Shown: piece by piece, positions 59,635-64,000 of the stretch
How positions within the stretch are numbered: position 1 is the stretch's first letter
How the letters are laid out: the number at the start of each line of letters is the position of its first letter
Origin: Escherichia coli
Lineage (GTDB): Bacteria > Pseudomonadota > Gammaproteobacteria > Enterobacterales > Enterobacteriaceae
DNA: 64,000 bases
Assembly (NCBI RefSeq): GCF_024223415.1
Contig: NZ_CP100503.1
Strand: one strand, 5' to 3'
Position numbers and translations under genes: made by a program
The notes under the pieces: model-generated
What the model was told of the DNA's origin: nothing
The model's database searches: none
Seen by the model: only the letters and a program-made list of their open reading frames with translations

Positions 59635-62291
59635 AAGAGCTGTGCTATGGATCTGTTTGCAGTGGAATTGAAGCCGCGAGTATTGCCTGGGAACCGTTGG
59701 GTATGCGTCCGGCGTGGTTTGCTGAAATCGAGCCTTTTCCATCAGCCGTTCTTGCGCACCGCTGGCCCCATGTCGCCAACCTTGGCGACATGACAAAACT
59801 TGCCAAAAAAGTCCTGGCTGGGGAAATCGAATCCCCTGATGTGCTGGTGGGAGGGACACCATGTTTTACCGCGGGCCATATGGTTCTTTGTAAAAATGGT
59901 TATAAACCAATAGAAGATGTTTGCCCTGGCGATTACGTAGTCAGTCATCTCGGGCGGTTACAACAAGTAAAAAAAGTTGGTTCAAAAATAGCTAATACGG
60001 GGTTACTTAATGCCGTTGGGCAGCCTTTAGGTATAAGAACAACCAACGACCATCCCTTCCTGGCGGTTCGGTGGAAAGCCCAAAACACCCGGAAAAATGG
60101 CACATATTTTAAGAGAGAGTTGTTGTCTGAACCGGAATGGCGAGCAGCATGTGATATGCCGGGATATCAATGGTGTGCTCTAACTAATTTCAATATTGCA
60201 TCTCCAGATATTTGTTCTCGGTTCTTGTCTGAAGAACAGGCTATGTATCTTGCGGGCGCTTATGTTGGCGATGGATATATTAGGAGATGGAGAGGTAAAT
60301 CTAAGAAGGCGGTTGTTTTTGGCATAAATTGCCAGAAATTGAGAAAGTTTCATTGCCGCATATCAGAAAACATATTTTCCGTGGCAAGCGAAATCCGAGG
60401 GAGCATCAAAGTAACCTTGAATGATACGTGTTATGCCAATTGGCTTAATGAACATTTTGGCGAGTTAAGCCATGCTAAGCGTATCCCTGCATGGGTGATG
60501 TCGCATCCATTGCGTCATGTGTTTTTACAAGGCTATCTTGATACTGATGGGACACCAAGTGGTAAAGCGGGATTTAGAATTAATAGTGTTAGTCCTGCGC
60601 TTGCTTGGGGCGTTGCGGAGTTGTCACAGACTTGTGGTTATGTTTCTTCGGTCAGCTTTATTGAAGTTGAGCCCAAAAAAGTGATTGAGGATCGCGTGGT
60701 AAATCAACGGAATTATTATCAGGTAACAATCTGCCCGCAGAAATTGTCACGTAAATCAAGATTGGCTCATGGAATGCTTTTACGAACAGTCAAAGAGTTT
60801 AAATCGGTAGGCCTAGATACTGTATACAACATAGAAGTCGAAGGTGATCATTCCTATATCCTCAATGGTGCGGTGGTCCATAACTGTCAGGCATTCAGTA
60901 TCGCTGGATTACGTGGCGGGCTTGATGATGAGCGTGGCGCGCTAACTTTAAAGTATGTGGAGCTTGCAAATGCAATTGACGACAAACGGGCTGAGTCATT
61001 TCTCAAACCAGCCGTTATCGTCTGGGAAAATGTCCCAGGAGTCTTGTCATCGGCAGATAACGCCTTCGGATGTTTCCTTGCCGGATTGGCTGGAGAAGAT
61101 GTGCCATTTGAACCAGGTGATCGACCTGAATCAGGAAAAAGCAACGCGTTCTGGCGGTGGGATGGCAAAACCGGTTGCCATGTTCCAAAGTGGCCGCAGT
61201 GTGGTTGTATTTATGGACCGCAGCGAAAGGTGGCCTGGAGAATCCTTGATGCCCAATACTTCGGAGTGGCACAACGACGCCGACGCGTGTTTGTTGTCGC
61301 AAGTGCTCGAACAGACCTCGATCCCGCAACGGTACTTTTTGAGTTCGAAGGCGTGCGCCGGAATATTGCGCCGAGCCGAAAAAAGAAGGAAATCGCTTCC
61401 GCCATTACTGCAAATGGCGCTGCAATCAGTGGCGAAAGCCTAAATCCATGCCTACACGCTGGCATGTCCCCCGGTATGAAATCGACGAAAGCCGTAAACG
61501 CTTTCAGGATGGCAGCATTTGGGGAATATATTGACGATGAAACCGCATCGACAGTAAAGGCAAGAGATTTTAAAGATGCCACTGACCTTGCCGTTTTTAG
61601 CAGCACAGGAGCAGGTTTTTGGTCAGAAGGGCATGGTACATTGCGGGCACGTGAGCAAGAAAGCCATGAGCATCTTGTTACATTGGCTTTTCCTGAGCGT
61701 ATGAGCGGTACACAACATGCTGCAACTAAGAATACTTCACCATCTCTAATGGCTAAAAATCCAACAGCTGTTTGCTATGAAGTAAGAAACGCAGAAGTAG
61801 CTGTCCGCCGTCTTACCCCTGTCGAATGTGAAAGGCTGCAAGGTTTTCCTGATGGGCATACGTTGATCCCGACGGAAAAGCGTAAAAAAGTTAATTCAGA
61901 TGAACTGGCATATCTTCGCAATCACTATCCAGATTTAAGCGAAGAAGAGGCCGCGATGCTTGCAGCTGACGGACCGCGTTACAAAGCGATCGGCAATAGT
62001 ATGGCAATACCAGTAATGCGCTGGATTGGCGATCGGATTACTAAGGCCGTATGTCGGCAGAAAGAAGGAAGTGAAACAAAAGAGCGAAAAGTTAAACCAG
62101 CGGCAGAATTCGAACGGTCCATATTCAAATGGGCTGGTGGAAAATTTGGTGTTCTGGAACAAATCTTTCGCTATTTGCCAGAAGGGAAGCGCCTGATTGA
62201 ACCTTTTGTCGGTGGCGGAGCTGTCTTCACGAATGCCGGATACCAGGAAAATCTGCTAAATGATGTGAATGCTGACCTGATTAACTTTTAC
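59631..62291 (+). CDS. dmt: Dmt bifunctional DNA methyltransferase: C5-cytosine MTase domain (interrupted by an intein) + Dam-like N6A domain truncated by IS copy 2
   Basis: C5 motifs seen are I (VCSGIEAAS), IV (GGTP[intein]CQAFS), VI (ENVPG), VIII (QRRRRVF) and X (GNSMAIPV). A Dam-like domain follows ([14 protein letters not shown]...[10 protein letters not shown]...[11 protein letters not shown]) and stops at TTAC/IS. The ORF continues 13 codons into the IS (stop at 62333). Confidence 0.88.
59862..60884 (+). mobile_element. Intein (341 aa) with LAGLIDADG homing-endonuclease domain
   Basis: Cys1 ([13 protein letters not shown]), block B (TTNDHPF), LAGLIDADG x2 ([12 protein letters not shown]; [11 protein letters not shown]), block F ([14 protein letters not shown]) and block G (NGAVVHN|C) are all present. 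Length is 1023 nt, in frame. Excision restores GGTPCQAFS. Confidence 0.88.
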
Positions 62292-62348
62292 CCAGTGCGC
62301 CGTAAAGCCCCGTCCTTCAGGTCGGGGATATAAGGCGCGGTTTTCCAC

Positions 62349-62765
62349 CTAACCAGGTGTTTGCTGTTGTTCAATGTATTGGCGGATGATGGATATTGGT
62401 GCGCCACCGCAGCTACTGGCAAAATAGCTGGGACTCCATAAAACGCCTTTGTAGTAATATCGGGCTGCAATATCTGGTCGATCTCGTCGCAATAATCTAC
62501 TCGATACGCCCTTGAGACTGTTCACCAGGCTGGATATCGCCAATTTGGGGGGATAGTTAATTAGCAGGTGAACGTGATCTCGTTCTCCATCCATTTCAAC
62601 CAGTTCAGCTTCAAAATCAGCACATACACTTGAAAAGTAAGTGCGTAGTTTTTCTATTGCGTCATGGTCAAAAATCTGACGTCGGTATTTTGCGACAAAG
62701 ACCAGGTGAACGTGCATCAGGAAGACGCAGTGTCTTCCACGTCGGATATCAGTTTCTTTTTTCAT
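62349..62765 (-). CDS. tnpA: TnpA Y1 transposase, copy 2 (intact ATG), 138 aa
   Basis: MKKETDIRRGRHCVFLMHVHLVFVAKYRR... has the HUH motif and the C-terminal Tyr region. Confidence 0.88.
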   Translation of the reverse strand: MKKETDIRRGRHCVFLMHVHLVFVAKYRRQIFDHDAIEKLRTYFSSVCADFEAELVEMDGERDHVHLLINYPPKLAISSLVNSLKGVSSRLLRRDRPDIAARYYYKGVLWSPSYFASSCGGAPISIIRQYIEQQQTPG

Positions 62766-62787
62766 GGACCAAAGTATAATTTGGCTT

Positions 62788-63996
62788 ATGAAACGACTAC
62801 AAGCTTTCAAATTCCAGTTAAGACCAAATGGACAGCAGGAGCGTGAAATGAGGCGCTTCGCGGGCGCATGTCGTTTCGTTTTCAATCGTGCTCTGGCGCT
62901 TCAGAATGAGAATCATGAGGCCGGGAACAAATATATTTCTTATGCAAAGATGACTTCCTGGCTGGTTGAATGGAAAAATGCTACTGAAACGCAATGGCTT
63001 AAAGATTCTCCCTCACAGCCATTGCAGCAGTCACTGAAAGACCTTGAGCGAGCCTACAAAAATTTCTTTCAGAAGCGTGCCTCTTTTCCCCGCTTCAAAA
63101 AGCGGGGACAGAATGATGCATTCCGCTATCCGCAGGGCGTTAAGCTCGACCAAGGGAACGGTCGTATTTTTCTGCCAAAACTTGGCTGGATGCACTACCG
63201 GAACAGCCGTCAGGTCTCGGGGATTGTGAAAAACGTCACTGTCAGCCAGTCCTGCGGTAAGTGGTACATCAGTATTCAGACAGAAAGTGAAGTATCAACT
63301 CCGGTTCACCCTTCAGCATCAATAGTCGGTCTGGATGCAGGCGTGGCTAAACTCGCCATGCTGTCAGATGGCACAGTCTTTGAGCCTGTAAACAGTTTTC
63401 AGAAAAACCAGAAGACGCTGGCGAGACTTCAGCGTCAGTTAAGCCGCAAGGTCAAATTCAGCAATAACTGGCAGAAGCAGAAACGCAAAATACAGCGACT
63501 GCATTCCCGTATCGCAAATATCCGCAGGGACTACCTTCACAAAGTCACAACGACCGTCAGCAAAAACCACGCAATGATAGTCATTGAGGATTTGAAGGTC
63601 AGCAACATGTCAAAGTCAGCAGCGGGTACGGTCAGCCAGCCGGGGCGCAATGTCCGGGCAAAATCAGGTTTAAACCGTTCGATACTGGATCAGGGCTGGT
63701 ATGAAATGCGCCGTCAGCTTGAGTACAAGCAGCTCTGGCGAGGCGGTCAGGTGCTTGCGGTTCCGCCAGCGTACACAAGCCAGCGTTGTGCGTGCTGTGG
63801 TCATACAGCGAAAGAAAACCGCCTGTCACAAAGTCAATTCAGATGCCAGGTATGTGGATATACAGCGAACGCCGATGTAAACGGCGCTCGTAACATTTTA
63901 GCGGCGGGGCACGCCGTTCTTGCCTGTGGAGGGATGGTGCAGTCAGGCCGCCCGTTGAAGCAGGAACCCACCGAAATGATTCAGGCGACAGCCTGA
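62788..63996 (+). CDS. tnpB: TnpB, copy 2
   Basis: Same as copy 1 except for e.g. T->M (KLAMLSDG) and C->R (QKRKIQRL). Confidence 0.9.
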   Translation: MKRLQAFKFQLRPNGQQEREMRRFAGACRFVFNRALALQNENHEAGNKYISYAKMTSWLVEWKNATETQWLKDSPSQPLQQSLKDLERAYKNFFQKRASFPRFKKRGQNDAFRYPQGVKLDQGNGRIFLPKLGWMHYRNSRQVSGIVKNVTVSQSCGKWYISIQTESEVSTPVHPSASIVGLDAGVAKLAMLSDGTVFEPVNSFQKNQKTLARLQRQLSRKVKFSNNWQKQKRKIQRLHSRIANIRRDYLHKVTTTVSKNHAMIVIEDLKVSNMSKSAAGTVSQPGRNVRAKSGLNRSILDQGWYEMRRQLEYKQLWRGGQVLAVPPAYTSQRCACCGHTAKENRLSQSQFRCQVCGYTANADVNGARNILAAGHAVLACGGMVQSGRPLKQEPTEMIQATA

Positions 63997-64000
63997 ACGT

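Larger units (their letters stand above)
62292..64000 (+). mobile_element. IS200/IS605-family element, copy 2 (right end runs ~39 bp beyond the window), inserted 3' of TTAC
   Basis: Collinear with 40012..41720 (offset 22280) with only a few SNPs. TTAC lies at 62288-62291. Confidence 0.9.

Overview
This 64-kb window covers a large part of a bacteriophage P1-family phage-plasmid from Enterobacteriaceae. The P1 backbone reads left to right as follows. Late tail/baseplate genes lie on the minus strand (1-4670), followed by the pmg/ppp/pap block, phd-doc addiction, and pdcA-pdcB-lpa. Then come pacA (with the 4+3 TGATCA/G pac site) and pacB, c1-coi (immC), loxP and cre, and a DarB-like giant helicase. 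After that come the kilA-repL lytic replicon, structural genes 21-22-23, parS-parB-parA, and a RepA/iteron plasmid replicon with a P1-style oriR. The window ends with the upfA-mlp-ppfA-upfB-upfC block and uhr-hrdC(rdgC-like)-dmt. Seventeen C1-operator-like 17-mers are scattered through the window. Many accessory or rearranged pieces sit on this backbone. There is an EcoR124-family type IC hsdRSM cassette and a higBA-like TA module between loxP and cre. There are three complete and one decapitated c4-icd-ant (immI) modules whose antisense RNAs and targets covary. Three IS200/IS605-family elements (tnpA+tnpB) clip cre, darB, an icd and dmt. A T5orf172-like gene lies between parA and incA. The most striking feature is a 341-aa LAGLIDADG intein inserted exactly in the catalytic PCQ motif of the Dmt C5-methyltransferase domain. 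I saw no rRNA, tRNA or CRISPR array. All identifications rest on my own reading of the translations and nucleotides and on my memory of P1 proteins and the P1 map. No database was searched.
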